Positions 1 through 16,590 of a stretch of 64,000 nt of DNA are shown here, in pieces. The DNA is from the human T2T-CHM13v2.0 reference genome, Homo sapiens, in the NCBI RefSeq assembly GCF_009914755.1, contig NC_060938.1; one strand, given 5' to 3'. How positions within the stretch are numbered: position 1 is the first letter of the stretch; each line of letters starts with the position of its first letter. The position numbers and the translations under genes are program-made. The notes beneath the pieces are model-generated. The model worked only from the letters and a program-made list of their open reading frames with translations. It made no database searches and was not told where the DNA came from.

Positions 1-7
1 AAAAAAT

Positions 8-111
8 TATATATATATGTGTGTGTATATATATATATGTATATATATATGTGTGTATATATATATGTGTATATATATGTGTGTGTGTATATATATGTAT
101 ATATATGTATA

Positions 112-156
<45 letters not shown>
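8..156. repeat. Compound (TA)n/(TG)n microsatellite
   Basis: Alternating TA and TG dinucleotide blocks read directly. Confidence 0.95.
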
Positions 157-159
<3 letters not shown>

Positions 160-480
160 GCTTAATTTCCGAATATTTGGAGATTTTGTCTGTTATATCT
201 TTGCTGCTGACTAGAATTTCAGTGTGGTCAGAGAGCATACTCTGAATGATTTCAGTCTTTCACAATTGCTGCAGCTTGATTTATGGTGCAGCATGGTCAG
301 TGTCAGTAAATGTTCTGTACGCTCGTGAAAGGAATGTTGGTAGTGCTTGCCAGATCAGTGCTAATCAGATCAAGTTTGTTAATTGTGTTGTTGACATCTG
401 TTATTATGGATTGTCTGATTAGTCTGTCATTTGTTGAGAGAAATGTATTAAATACTTTTACGTTTATGGATTTATCTTTT
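160..480 (-). mobile_element. Old L1 (L1M) ORF2 fragment
   Basis: Minus-strand translation fragment DVNNTINKLDLIS resembles the L1 ORF2 endonuclease region. Confidence 0.6.
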
Positions 481-1157
481 AATGTTTTGGGTAGATACCA
501 TATCGCCCTCCAAAAAAATTGAGCCAATTTGTACATTTACTAGCAATATAAGAATATCTAGTTTCTCATACTTTCACCATCACTGGGTATTGCCTTTACA
601 TTTACTTTGCCTGTATAATATAATAAAAGCTATTCTTTTGCTGTATACATTTAAATTTCTTAAATTATTAATGCAATTGTTTTTCATAGATTTAATGGCA
701 ATTTTATGTGTTTCCTCTGGACTTGTCTATCCATGTGTTTGACTATCTTTTTTTCTATGTGTACATTTGTTCATAATGGATGCATTTCACTTGATCCAGT
801 CTCTAAAGATACTCTAGGAGCTCAATTTGGTTCAGTTCGATTTATTTGACAGGTGTTAAACTACAGTGAAGTGCTCCATAAGCACTTCAGGTGGATGAAT
901 TGGTGAGGGACATCCCTCAATGTGGGACAGCATGCCTGGGTGAGGGTAAGGAATGACCCAAGTCATTCCTTAGGAAGCAAAAGTGCAGCCCCCATGGCAG
1001 ATGCTGTTATTCAAGGATTTGCCCAGTATTCATTTCACCAGGAGTAAACTATGACTGTCACAGGATGCTTTTTAGGTCTCTATTTTGACTGGAAATTTTG
1101 GCCCAATGCTGGTAACTTATGCTTTTATAAACGTTAAGTCTACTTTGCCTTCCTTAG

Positions 1158-1339
1158 ATTGAGAAGCTTGCCCAGACTCTTTCTTGCAATTACAATCAGC
1201 CTTCCCTGGATGATGTGAGTGTGGTTGACTCATCTCCTGCCTCAAGTCCTCCAGCTAAGAAATGCTCTAAAGTGCAAGCAAGATGGCAAATGTCTGCAAG
1301 AAAGGCCCTTCTTTTGTGGGCTCAGGAACAATGCGCCAC
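1158..1339 (+). CDS. SYNE2: Nesprin-2 exon (~7): end of CH1, Ser/Pro linker, start of CH2
   Basis: ccttag|ATT GAG AAG...GCC AC|gtaagt; 182 nt; IEKLAQTLSCNYNQPSLDDVSVVDSSPASSPPAKKCSKVQARWQMSARKALLLWAQEQCA(T). Confidence 0.96.
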
Positions 1340-1605
1340 GTAAGTAGTTTGCTATGACCCTAAGAGACACACAGGGCAGCTGTATCAACCAACACCACCT
1401 CACCACCCAAACACCTCCCTCACTTAACGTGAAAATTCTCACTATCCCCCTTCCTCTCTGTGCTTCTTCCATACGTGGAAGCCCAAGAGCTCAGCCACAT
1501 TTGGTTTCAAAGGCTGGAAGGTGGTATCACCTGGGTAAACGAACTCATCCCACCTGCTGTGTTTAGGTGGCATATTATTACATGGAAATAAAGTGGTATT
1601 TAAAT

Positions 1606-1910
1606 GCCAGGCAAGATGGCTCACTCCTATAATCCCAGCACTTTGGGAGGCTGAGGCGGGTAGATCACTTGAGGTCAGGAGTTCGAGACCAGCCTGGCTA
1701 ACATGGTGAAACCCCGTCTCTATGAAAAATACAAAAAATTAGCCTGGCGTGGTGGCATGTGCCTGTAATCCCAGCTACTTGGGAGGCTGAGGCAGGAGAA
1801 TCGCTTGAACCTGGGAGGCGGAGGTTGCGGTGAGCTGAGATCAAGCTATTTCACTCCAGCCTGGGCAACAAGAGCGAAACTCTTGTCACACACACACACA
1901 TACAACAAAA
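1606..1910 (+). mobile_element. Alu (S-type); tail partly converted to (CA)n
   Basis: Dimeric Alu consensus (cccagcactttgggaggctgagg...ccagcctgggcaacaagagc). Confidence 0.9.
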
Positions 1911-2006
1911 CTTATCTCTTGAATATGTATATGAGTATATTAAGAGACCTCAGAGTTTAGAAACGTAGCTCAATTAGGAAGCACAGAGACCAGACAGTAT
2001 GCATTC

Positions 2007-2290
2007 TGAGACAGGGTCTCACTTTGTCACCCAGGCTGGAGTGCAGTGGTGCGATTGTGGCTCACTACAGCCTTGACCTCCCAGGCTCAATTGATCCTTC
2101 CACCTTAGCCTCCTGAGTAGCTAGGACTACAGGTGCACACCACCATGTCTGGCTAATTTTTGTATTTTTTGTAGAGATGGGGTTTTGCCGTGTTGCCCAG
2201 GCTGGTCTCAAATTCCTGAGCTCAAGCAATTCACCTACCTCCGTCTTCGAAAGTGCTGGGATTACAGGTGTGAGCTACCACACCAGGCTG
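2007..2290 (-). mobile_element. Alu (J-like)
   Basis: gagacagggtctcactttgtcacccaggctggagtgcag... Confidence 0.88.
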
Positions 2291-2614
2291 GAGAATGCCC
2301 AATTAAAAATTGGGGATAATGAAGGAAAGTTAGTGCTCATATCTTTTTTTTTTTTTAAACAAAGAAAAATGTTTTTTGCTCTTGGTAGACAATTTACTTT
2401 TCCATTTTAACCAGTGTCTGAGATGGAGCTTAGGAAAAATAAGGACTGTAGATTCAGGAGATCTCTCTACTAGAACAGCTGTCGAGTTCAAAAGGCATTT
2501 CTTGTCACATCATAGCATTGTTAGGTAAATAGGGTCATAAATATGTTGCTAAGCCCTTTCAAATGCAGGACTTCAGAGTAAGTCCTTTCTGCTGAAAGGC
2601 CAAGATAGAGCTGA

Positions 2615-2935
<321 letters not shown>

Positions 2936-3685
2936 CAGCCTTACTTTTCTTTAATTGTCATTCGTTCTCTATATTTTATGAGAGCCATAAACATACATAA
3001 CCTTATATAGAGGTTTAAAGTACATTAAATGAACTGTTTCTTGAATCTCCTAGAGATAATTTGTACTCCAGTTTTCTATATTTTAAAAATCCCAAACAGT
3101 ATTTGTGAAAAGCATTATTATGTCATACTCAGATTTATTTCATTTATGCATAAATAACCTTAAAGTCCTTTCAAAGCCCCATATATTTTACAACAGTTTA
3201 TCTTTTCTTCACGTCTCCCCATCTTTCTTAGTTTTCAACTGTAGAGCTTATGCTAAGCTTATGAAAATGTAGCACATCTTCTTAAGTAATTCATCATGGG
3301 TTTATCCTAGTTTTGGCCATCATTGGTGGTATTATTAGATAACTTTTATTTCAATATCCTGTGTTTTATTGTTTCAATATTTGTGTTTCATTTCAATAAG
3401 ACTGTTTTGTAAGTAATATGTTGTATTTTCTCATTTGTGAAACAGATGAATCAGGCCCCGTTCTCCACATCTAAATGAGTGTAGGTTCTGCCAACCAGGA
3501 GCCTAATTCCACCCTCTAAGGTCTGGCAGCAGCGTCTTTGTGGTATTGGCTTTGGCTCATCAGTGCAGAGCTGACCTACACAGTATTAAGTACAGTGCCT
3601 GCCAGTCAGTGCAGTGCTGGTTCAACACTCAAGGTGCTGAGGTCTGGCCCTGCCCTCAGCTGCAGCCGCCATCCTTTAGTTATTA

Positions 3686-3824
3686 TTAGGTTGGTGCAAA
3701 AGTGATTGCAGCTTTTGCCATTACTTTTAATTACTTAAAAGTAATTGCATTACTTTTGCCATTGCATTACAATTTGCCATTACTTTTAATGGTAAAAGCC
3801 ACAATTACTTTTGCACCCACCTAA
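3686..3824. mobile_element. MADE1 (Hsmar1-derived MITE), internally expanded
   Basis: TIRs ttaggttggtgcaaaagtgattgc / acaattacttttgcacccacctaa; 139 bp versus the ~80-bp consensus. Confidence 0.88.
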
Positions 3825-3844
3825 TGGTTTACCTTAGTCTTACA

Positions 3845-4030
3845 CACTCTAAAGTCAGAGTACCCGGATTTGAAGTGCTGGCGCCCTGTACTTTCTAACT
3901 GGTGACTTTGAACACTTAATCTCTTTGTGTTCCAATTTCTTCAGTCATAAAATGTGAACAGTAATATGTCATAGGTTGTTATATGCATAAGAATTTTTTT
4001 TAAAGCATTTAGAACAGTTTCTGGATGAAG
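3845..4030 (+). mobile_element. MIR fragment
   Basis: Degenerate MIR core (gtgactttgaacacttaatctctttgtgttccaatttcttcagtcataaaatg). Confidence 0.6.
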
Positions 4031-4359
4031 TAGATACCACAAACGTATTTGTTAGACAACACAAAAATCACTGACTGCTATGTAGTTTATTACAGTCATA
4101 GTTTTAAGCTTTTTTTCCCGTAAGTAAACAGGAAAACCCAGGTCATCTGGAGCAGACTATTTCCTGAGTAGCTTTTATCATTTGATTCAGACCTTAAAAT
4201 AGTCTCTTGAATTTTTTCATGCTTTTTGTGGGATATGAAAGGACACTATAGTTGTTCTAGAATATATCCCAAGTGTTGCAGACAACTATTCTCTTTTGCA
4301 AGACTTTCCCTGATCCCTTATGAAGCACAGAATAGTGATGGAGTGATTTTTTTAAAAAT

Positions 4360-4830
4360 ATGTGTCTTAAGCCCTGGTGATATGCCAGGCATTGTTTGGG
4401 GAATGAGTCTACAGTGGTGAACAAGAAGGGCAAAGCCCTTGCTCTCAAAGGCTTGCATCCTGATGGGGAAAGCAGGAATTATCATGAAGAAATATGATAA
4501 TTACAGTTGGCAAGCAGATTAGGAAGGACTTTTTTTATGGTCAAGAAGGTTGAGGGCAGGGAGAGTGTCTCCTTTAGTGCAGGTGGTAAGGCAGGGCTTT
4601 GCTGCGGAGAGACTTTAAGCTGACTCCTCAAGTGGGAGGCTTTATGAAGATCTGTGAGAAGGAGCGTCCAAGGACAGTGACTAGGAGGGTGGCTTTGAGA
4701 AACAGGAACAAGGCTGGTGTGACTGCAACTCTGTAAGAGAGGGGAGATACAAAGATGAGAGAAGCAGGCAGGGGCCAAATCACTTAGGGTCTGTGGACCA
4801 GGGTGAGAGATGTTATTCTAAATACAATGG
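4360..4830 (-). mobile_element. L2 fragment
   Basis: tatgccaggcattgtt...cccttgctctcaaaggctt..., typical antisense L2 3' region. Confidence 0.6.
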
Positions 4831-4853
4831 CTAGCTAATGATGTTGATTGATA

Positions 4854-4900
4854 AATAGATAGATAGATAGAGAGATAGATAGATAGATAGATAGATAGAT
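4854..4900. repeat. (GATA)n tetranucleotide STR with one GAGA interruption
   Basis: atagatagatagatagagagatagatagat... Confidence 0.95.
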
Positions 4901-4907
4901 GTAGATA

Positions 4908-5495
<588 letters not shown>

Positions 5496-5679
5496 TAAGC
5501 AGAGGAGTGACAAGGTCTATCTATCTAGTGAGCTACTGGCCATTAATTACACACAATGTATCATTTAATTTGTCCCACTGAAAAAGGAAATCATTTCCTC
5601 TAGTTAGGGACCTTGACCTTCCCTGTATGTAGAAGTTTAAAGGCAGACTTAAGCCAACAGATTTGGTAATGAAGGGCAT

Positions 5680-5858
5680 CAATCTTGAGTGAATATCATT
5701 ATCTCCTGGAGGGCTTTTAAAGGCACAGATTTCAGGCCCACCTCCAGAGTTTGATTCAGTAGGTATGGGATTCGGCCTGAGAATTTACATTTCTAACACC
5801 TGCACCCCATGTGATACTGATGCTGCTGGCTCAGGAAACAAATTTTGAGAATCAGTGT
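5680..5858. mobile_element. MER5A (hAT-Charlie MITE)
   Basis: tgattcagtaggtatggg...gcctgagaatttacatttctaaca...gatgctgctgg. Confidence 0.75.
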
Positions 5859-6047
5859 TCTGTGGTATTTTGAGTTTCATCAAACTTGGCATTTTCCTTT
5901 AATTTGGTCACAAGATAAAAAATTTTATCTAGCATGATGTATCTAATTTACTTGATTTGCCAAATTTTAATTACTATTGAATATAGTGGAGGGGGGTGTT
6001 ACATTCTTTTTAATGGTATTTGTCATGTTTTTGTCTTTTTATGATAG

Positions 6048-6244
6048 CTATGAGTCTGTCAATGTGACCGATTTTAAGTCAAGTTGGAGAAATGGGATGG
6101 CTTTTTTGGCCATCATTCATGCCTTGCGACCAGACCTAATTGACATGAAGAGTGTGAAGCATAGATCCAACAAAGACAATCTGAGAGAGGCCTTCAGAAT
6201 TGCAGAACAAGAATTAAAAATCCCCAGATTGCTGGAACCAGAAG
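6048..6244 (+). CDS. SYNE2: Nesprin-2 exon (~8): CH2 core
   Basis: atag|C TAT GAG...GAA G|gtaaag; 197 nt; YESVNVTDFKSSWRNGMAFLAIIHALRPDLID...KIPRLLEPE, the classic second calponin-homology motif. Confidence 0.97.
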
Positions 6245-6965
6245 GTAAAGAAGCTTCTTTGTTTTTAAAACAATCTTTAAGGCTTAGCATGAAGTTGATT
6301 TCAAAATAGTATCTATACATGAATAAACATAGTGGCACTCTATTTTAGTCCTGGAGGGTTTAACTTAAGCTCTTTATCGAATTTGATGCAATCAAACAAT
6401 TCCTACCAATTTGTTAACTTCAGTAATTATAGGGGAAGCCACAGCTGAAAGCAAACAGTGCTGTTATTGGGAATAATTTGAGCCTGTCTTGATTTTCTTC
6501 TATTATGTTCTGTGTTTTTTTCTTCTTGATTCTGTTATTCTATTCTAAATCTCTTTTGTAAGATGTTTCTCTGAGTCTTGAATTAAAGTTGTTTATATGT
6601 CTCTCCTTCCTCCCTCCCTCTGAGTTAAAGCTGAACCTCTGTGAGAACAGAAACTGCTGCCTTCCCGTCTGTCCCTATGTGGTTGGTCATTGATTCTGCT
6701 CAGTCATGTTGGATTGTTAACAACAACATCCTAAGTACTGGTTAGTTTTAGAGATCATCATCAAATTATAATTTAACTTTATAAAATTAAGATTTAAAAA
6801 TTTTACTTCTTTCTCAAAAGCACTTTACTTTGAATTGTAATGTTTCATAATGTAACCAAAGCTATTAAAAAAACATAAAGGTCATAATAGAGGTATATGG
6901 GATTAGTGAAAATTATGATGAACGAATAGGTCAAGCACGTATGAATTCTAGTCTCAGCTCTATTA

Positions 6966-7836
6966 CTGGGGTGTGTATACAAATGTTTAGTGACTGGCTC
7001 TCCCAAACAATGGGAAATGTACACACATTTACACTATTATAGATTTTACTGATATTAAGGAATATGTATTATTTTATAAATAATTATAACGTTTATGATA
7101 CGCTTTCTTATAGATTTCATATAGCTCCAAAATGCTTCTGTTCATTTTTGCCAAACTCTGTATCCATCTGTAACTAACTTAGGGTTGTATTTGCTGAAGA
7201 AGTATAGTTCTGACATGAATGTTAGTTTAGAATTTCCTTTATGTTAATAAGTAAGTGTAATAAGAGGTATATCAGAACTTCATTTGTTCTTCAATGACAT
7301 GAATGACTTCTTTGCTGAATTGAATACTAGAAGAATATTTTCTCAACTTTTTGTGCTATTCGCAATGCAACTAACAGCTTTAGACAGAACATATTTTTAA
7401 GATTTACCTGCATTATTAACAATTTCTTCATCTCTTTTTTAGCAGTTAACAGAACAACAGTCAAGCCTTCATTTGCAGACTTCTGTGTGATAAATGCTAC
7501 TGCTATGACTGATTTCAAGTTACCAATGTGCAGTCACTGAACACAGAATTAGAAAAAGATGTGCAGTACCCACACCATTATATGTTGTTTCCATCATACA
7601 GATACAATAGACAGATAGCCTCAGGAGCATATAGTTAATAGTAAAATGTAATACAGTAATTGGGAAGTGATAAGTTTTGAGTATTTATTACCTATGCTTT
7701 TAATATAATTTGTGCATTTATATGATTTAATTTTTATTGATGATTTTTTCACAACCAGCTTACAAAAACTTCTGAACATTTAGCAGTCAACTCTCTTAAG
7801 CTGATGTGAGTCAGCTAGTTCCAGCACACTCACTGA
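6966..7836. mobile_element. Zaphod-like hAT DNA transposon remnant
   Basis: Ends (ggtgtgtatacaaatgtttagtgactggctctc / ttccagcacactcactg) resemble Zaphod termini as I recall them. Confidence 0.5.
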
Positions 7837-7953
7837 CCAGGTGACTGTGGATTTGTCACTTAATCTTTTTGGTTTTAAGCAGCTTTATTAAGAGATAATT
7901 CACATACCATATGATGTATCATTTAAGTATACAAATTAGTGGTTTCTAGTATA

Positions 7954-8199
7954 CAGCCTGCCCTTCATGTCTGGGTTCCATATCCATGGAGTCAGCCAAC
8001 ACTGGATTGAAAATATTTGGAAAAAAAAAAGCATTTGTCCTGAGCATGTACAGACTTTTTTCTTGTCATTATTCCCTAAACAATACATGTTACACAATTG
8101 TATAACAACTATTTACATAGCATTTACGTTGTATTGGATATTAAAAGCAATCTAGAGATGAGTCCTGGAACCAATTCCCGTGTATACCAAGGAGAACTG
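7954..8199 (-). mobile_element. MER2 (Tigger-type) nested in an L1 fragment, TA target duplication
   Basis: ta|cagcctgcccttc...gtcctggaaccaattcccgtgtataccaaggagaactg|ta. Confidence 0.75.
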
Positions 8200-8240
8200 T
8201 ATTCACAAAATTGTTCACTCATCACCACAGTTCATTTTAG

Positions 8241-8898
<658 letters not shown>

Positions 8899-8924
8899 CC
8901 TTTTTGTATTTTTAAATAAACTTC

Positions 8925-10490
<1,566 letters not shown>

Positions 10491-10568
10491 TAGCCTCTTT
10501 GCACTTCAGGTTTTGGTAAGAGTTGAATTAGGTTATATTTGTAAGCTCACAGCCTGATGTGAACTTAG

Positions 10569-10925
<357 letters not shown>

Positions 10926-12851
10926 CCTACAGCCGTATTTCTACAGTTTGGACATTGGTCTGGCTTCATGTTGGTTGTTACTAATTCTTGTTAACTTTTT
11001 ACCCCTATCTTTTTTTACCCCCTTCCTTTTTTACCTTCTTTTCTCCCTTTCTTTGTCTTTTGGCTTTTCTTTTTCCTTCATTTTTCCTCATGCTTTTGTT
11101 CTCATTTCCTGTTTCTGATGACTGTTTTAAATACTTTTCTTATATTATGATTCTCCAAATCTTTATTATTAGTATAAAATATTTTCTCCATTTTTGTATG
11201 TACAAATAACCAGGCAACTAATGAAATAGACACTATAGTAAAAACAAATTTCCTCCGCATAATTGCCCATAATTCATTATAAATGGCTTAAATAATAGCT
11301 CAAAAATGTGAAATGCATCATGATTATTTATGCAAACCAAATACCATAGTCATATTTGAATAAGGGAACTATTTTGACGTAATATTGTTAACACATTTAA
11401 TCTTCACGTGTGGCTTCGTATATAATAAGTTTTTATAAAGCAATATCTAAATAAGCCAATATCATTATTTTACGTATCTCTTGGTGCTTATATCTTTTTC
11501 AGTTAAAGACAGAATAACTTAATTCTTAGAAATTCTTCCTATATTGAGACCCTACCCTCAGCTTTTTATTGCTGGCTTTTATATGCTTACTGCCTTGAAT
11601 TACATTGTTTGCAAATGAATTGGATTTATTTTCTACTTCAGGTGACTTAGAGCACTCATTGAACCTAGTAAATATGTTCACTAAAGCACGCATGGTGTGT
11701 TGTATTTGTTTATTTGTTTTTCTCCTAACCTTAAACTCCTTGAGGGGCAGATAATGTTTTAAGGCATCTAGCATCTACTAGCTGAATGAATAGAGGGTTG
11801 AAATGTAAGATCTCCAAAGGCATGGACCATACCTTATGTATCCTTGTAGCCCCTGCCTGTGACCCACATTTATTGGCTCTCTGTAAATATTTGTTGCTTT
11901 AAGTTTAACTTAATTAATAAATAAACAGTGAAGTGTTTTTTTTTTTCCAATAATCTTCATTGCTTGTTTAGGTCAAGAAACACCTCCAAATTAGGTGTTC
12001 ATTTTGTCTGTGACATATTGCATTCACCCTTTTGTGATTTTATGATCTCCTTCACTTATTAGATGCCTGGAGAAGTTCTGCACTTTACAGAATTTATATG
12101 CCTGGCACAGTGTCTTGTGCCAGCTACTTGTGAGGCTGAGATTGGAGGACTGTTTGAGGCCAGGAGTTTGAGACCAGACTGGACAACATAGAGAGACCCT
12201 GTCTAAAAAAAATAAAAAATAAGATAAATAAGATTTTGTAGTCTTTAAAATTTTGTTTAATTCAGCATTTTACAAACTTATTTCACCATGGACTCTTAAT
12301 GCAACACAAAGCCTGGCCTGTAGAAGGCTTTCAGTAGATTTACTTGTTCCATGAATGAATGAACAAACTCTGTGGATGTCTTAGATAAGCCTTCCGTACA
12401 ATATATGCTTTTGGAGATGCTTTACTGCACACATGCCAAGACCAACATGTCAGGAATGCATTCTAATTGCTGTATGTTCCTGCATTCCTGGAGGAATTTC
12501 TGCACTATGTGTCTAGAAAGAGGAATGCTTTATTTTCTCCTCTTCATCCTCTCTGACTACTTATGCCTTCAGACATACCCCATAGTGATACTTTATTATT
12601 AGAAAACGGAGACTGTGCACATACTAGTGCCAGGATTTAACCCAGATCTCTCTGAGTATAGATCTAAACTCTTAGCCACTGCACAGTCTTGCAGCAAGGC
12701 TGAGTAAACAGAGATTGGATGGCTGGGTGACTACTTTGGTGCATTTCCAGAGCCTGTGAACCGAATGGCAGAGGCTATGGCATAGCCCATTCTTGAGTAT
12801 TCATTATAGTAAATGTGTAACAGCTAATTGATAGTGTGGTGTATCTTGCAG

Positions 12852-12952
12852 ATGTGGATGTTGTTGATCCTGATGAAAAGTCCATCATGACCTATGTGGC
12901 ACAGTTTCTGCAGTATTCCAAAGATGCCCCTGGGACTGGAGAGGAGGCTCAG
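12852..12952 (+). CDS. SYNE2: Nesprin-2 exon (~9): last helix of CH2
   Basis: ttgcag|AT GTG GAT...GCT CAG|gtatgt; 101 nt; (D)VDVVDPDEKSIMTYVAQFLQYSKDAPGTGEEAQ. Confidence 0.96.
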
Positions 12953-13354
12953 GTATGTTTTCATATGCATAAATCAAGCTCATTTTAGTTGTATCCTGCT
13001 AATGGTTTAATTTTTAAAATCAAGATATAATTTGCATACAGAACTTAAATGTACAGTTTAATGAGCATACACCCCTGTAAATCATACTTCAATCATGATG
13101 TAAAACATTTCTAGTACCCAAAATATTCCACTGGGCACCTTTTCTGTCTCTGCTCCCCATCCCAGGCAACCAGCATTCTAATTTCTTTTACTGTAGATTA
13201 GTGTTGAATGTTCTTTTTTTTTTTTAGGTTCAAAGGGATAATTTATTAAACTTTGCTGAATTATCTGAAACAACTTTTAGATGGGCACTATATAAGACAA
13301 ATGAAGTTAAGCTTTTAAAAATCTAAAGATATCAAATTTTTATTATAATATTCT

Positions 13355-14165
13355 ATTTTTTATTTTTATTTTTATTTTTGTTTATTTATTTATTTATTTT
13401 TGAGATGGAGTCTTGCCCTGTCGCCCAGGCTGTAGTGCAGTGGCGCGATCTTGGCTTACAGCAACCTCTGTCTCCCCGTTCAAGTGATTCTCGTGCCTCA
13501 GCCTCCCAAGTAGCTGGAATTACAGGCATGTGCCACCATACCCGGCTGATTTTTGTATATTTGGTAGAGACTGGGTTTCACCATGTTGGCCAGGCTGGTC
13601 TCGAACCCCTGACTTCAAGTGATCCACCCACCTCGGCCTCCCAAAGTGCTGGGATTACAGGAGTGAGCCACTGCGGCCGGCCTGTCAAATTTTTTTGTAT
13701 TATAATATTTATTTCCTTTATTGAGATATAGTTTATATACCATAAAATTCATCTATTTAATATGTTCATTTCAATGGTTGTTAGTGTATTTACATGATCA
13801 GGCAACCCTCACCATCATCTAATTTGAGCACATTTCCGGTTTGCCTATTCTTTAGCTTCATGTAAATGAAATTGTGTGATTCATATAAATGAAAGTGTTG
13901 TGTTCTACTCTTAATCCCTATTTGTTGATATACTCTTGAATTACTATTTTCTCTGCCTCCCAGGCTTAAATGATTCTCGTGCCTCAGCCTCCTGATAGCT
14001 GGAATTATAGGCATGGACCATCCTGCCTGGCTAATTTTTTGTATTTTTAGTAGAGGCAGGGTTTCACCATGTTGGCCAGGCTGGTCTCGAACTCCTGGCC
14101 TCAAGTGATCTGCCTGCCTTGGCCTCCCAAAGTGCTGGATTATAGGCGAGCCACTGTGCCCAGCC
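13355..14165 (-). mobile_element. Antisense Alu (13355-13682) and partial Alu (13950-14165) within L1 remnants
   Basis: Alu consensus; (TATT)n tail. Confidence 0.85.
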
Positions 14166-15225
14166 TTGAATTACTATTAGATTGCCATTTGATTATTCAG
14201 TTTTTCTCCTTTACTTTCAGTGAATTACACAAAATATTGTGGGTAGAAACTTCATAAAAATTGCTGAGCTGAAAAGAAACTCTTATTCTGCTTCTAAGAT
14301 GATAAATGAGTGCTGTGAATTTAGCAAAATGTTCGATATTACTTAAAAATGTATTTTAAACCACATGTTTGCATGCATTTTCAGACATGTTTACATGCAT
14401 TTTATTTGACAAATTGGGCCTGTGTTTTTCCAGCTGTTAAGTTTGAGGCAATAAGCCAGATTGTTGCTGACTCTGGAAGAGAGTCTCAAGCTGAGATGCA
14501 GGCTTATAATTCGGTTCACTTATTTCTGGCCTGCTGAGGAGCTATTCTTTTCTAACTAATTTTCATATTAAAAAAATAAAATGAAAGATTCAACTGTCCA
14601 TGAAATTGAGTGCAAAAATATTAGAAAACTTTTACTTAATAGGAAAAAACAAAGTAAATGAAGGTTAAGGAAGAGTGGAAATAAGATATAACTTCTTTGT
14701 CCTATAGTAGTAAAATTGGCTTCCAAATGTAAGCAAGCAAGTTTACCACCTAAGCAAGAATCTACGGAAAAAGTAATTGTTGTTCACATCTTAATGATAG
14801 CATAGCTAAAACCTTTGGTAGTGTTATTTTTAGGCTCTCGAAAGTGTTTGAGTTATTTTTGATGTCAGTGTTTTTGCAGGGTGTGAACATCTCTTGAATT
14901 ACCCCATATTTCGATTTATTGGAAGGCAGTCTTCTGAAATGCCTGCTATAAAGAAGTGATTTAGAATAATGTTCTCCAAGCCAAAATGGGGGAGGGGGTG
15001 TGTTGCTTGCCCATTTCTTTAGCACATTGTCATGTTCAGATGCTAGTTTCAATCTGGTTTAAAATTTAAGGTGTTATGTGAACAAGTGAAATTACTCTTT
15101 GGCATAATGAATCATTGGTGTGTAATGATGGCATTATTTCACTGATGTTTCAAGTTGCTAATTTTTTTGTTAAAAAAACCAAGCCCGTTTAAAATATAGT
15201 TTAATTTTGTGTGTGTAAAATACAG

Positions 15226-15327
15226 GGAAAGGTGAAAGATGCTATGGGCTGGTTAACTCTGCAAAAGGAAAAACTACAGAAGTTGCTAAAGGATTCAGAG
15301 AATGATACCTACTTTAAAAAGTATAAT
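15226..15327 (+). CDS. SYNE2: Nesprin-2 exon (~10)
   Basis: tacag|GGA AAG...TAT AAT|gtaagt; 102 nt; GKVKDAMGWLTLQKEKLQKLLKDSENDTYFKKYN. Confidence 0.95.
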
Positions 15328-15469
15328 GTAAGTATGATTTTAAACAGCTGTTTGTAATTTACCTTTTAAGAGTTGAGCGTAAGTATGTTTTTAGAAAACT
15401 CTTTCAGGCTTAAGTATTTTAAGTATTAAATTCACTGAAAGTTTTAAGGCTGAATTCTAGGACTGTACT

Positions 15470-16590
<1,121 letters not shown>

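Noticed and set aside
21-245. Tyr/Ile/Val/Cys-repeat ORF (also 25906-26401 on both strands)
   Set aside because: Stop-free frames created by TA/TG microsatellites.
3686-3824. Calling this an annotated MIR548 gene
   Set aside because: MADE1 origin is clear, but I cannot support a specific miRNA annotation from sequence alone, and the centre is rearranged.
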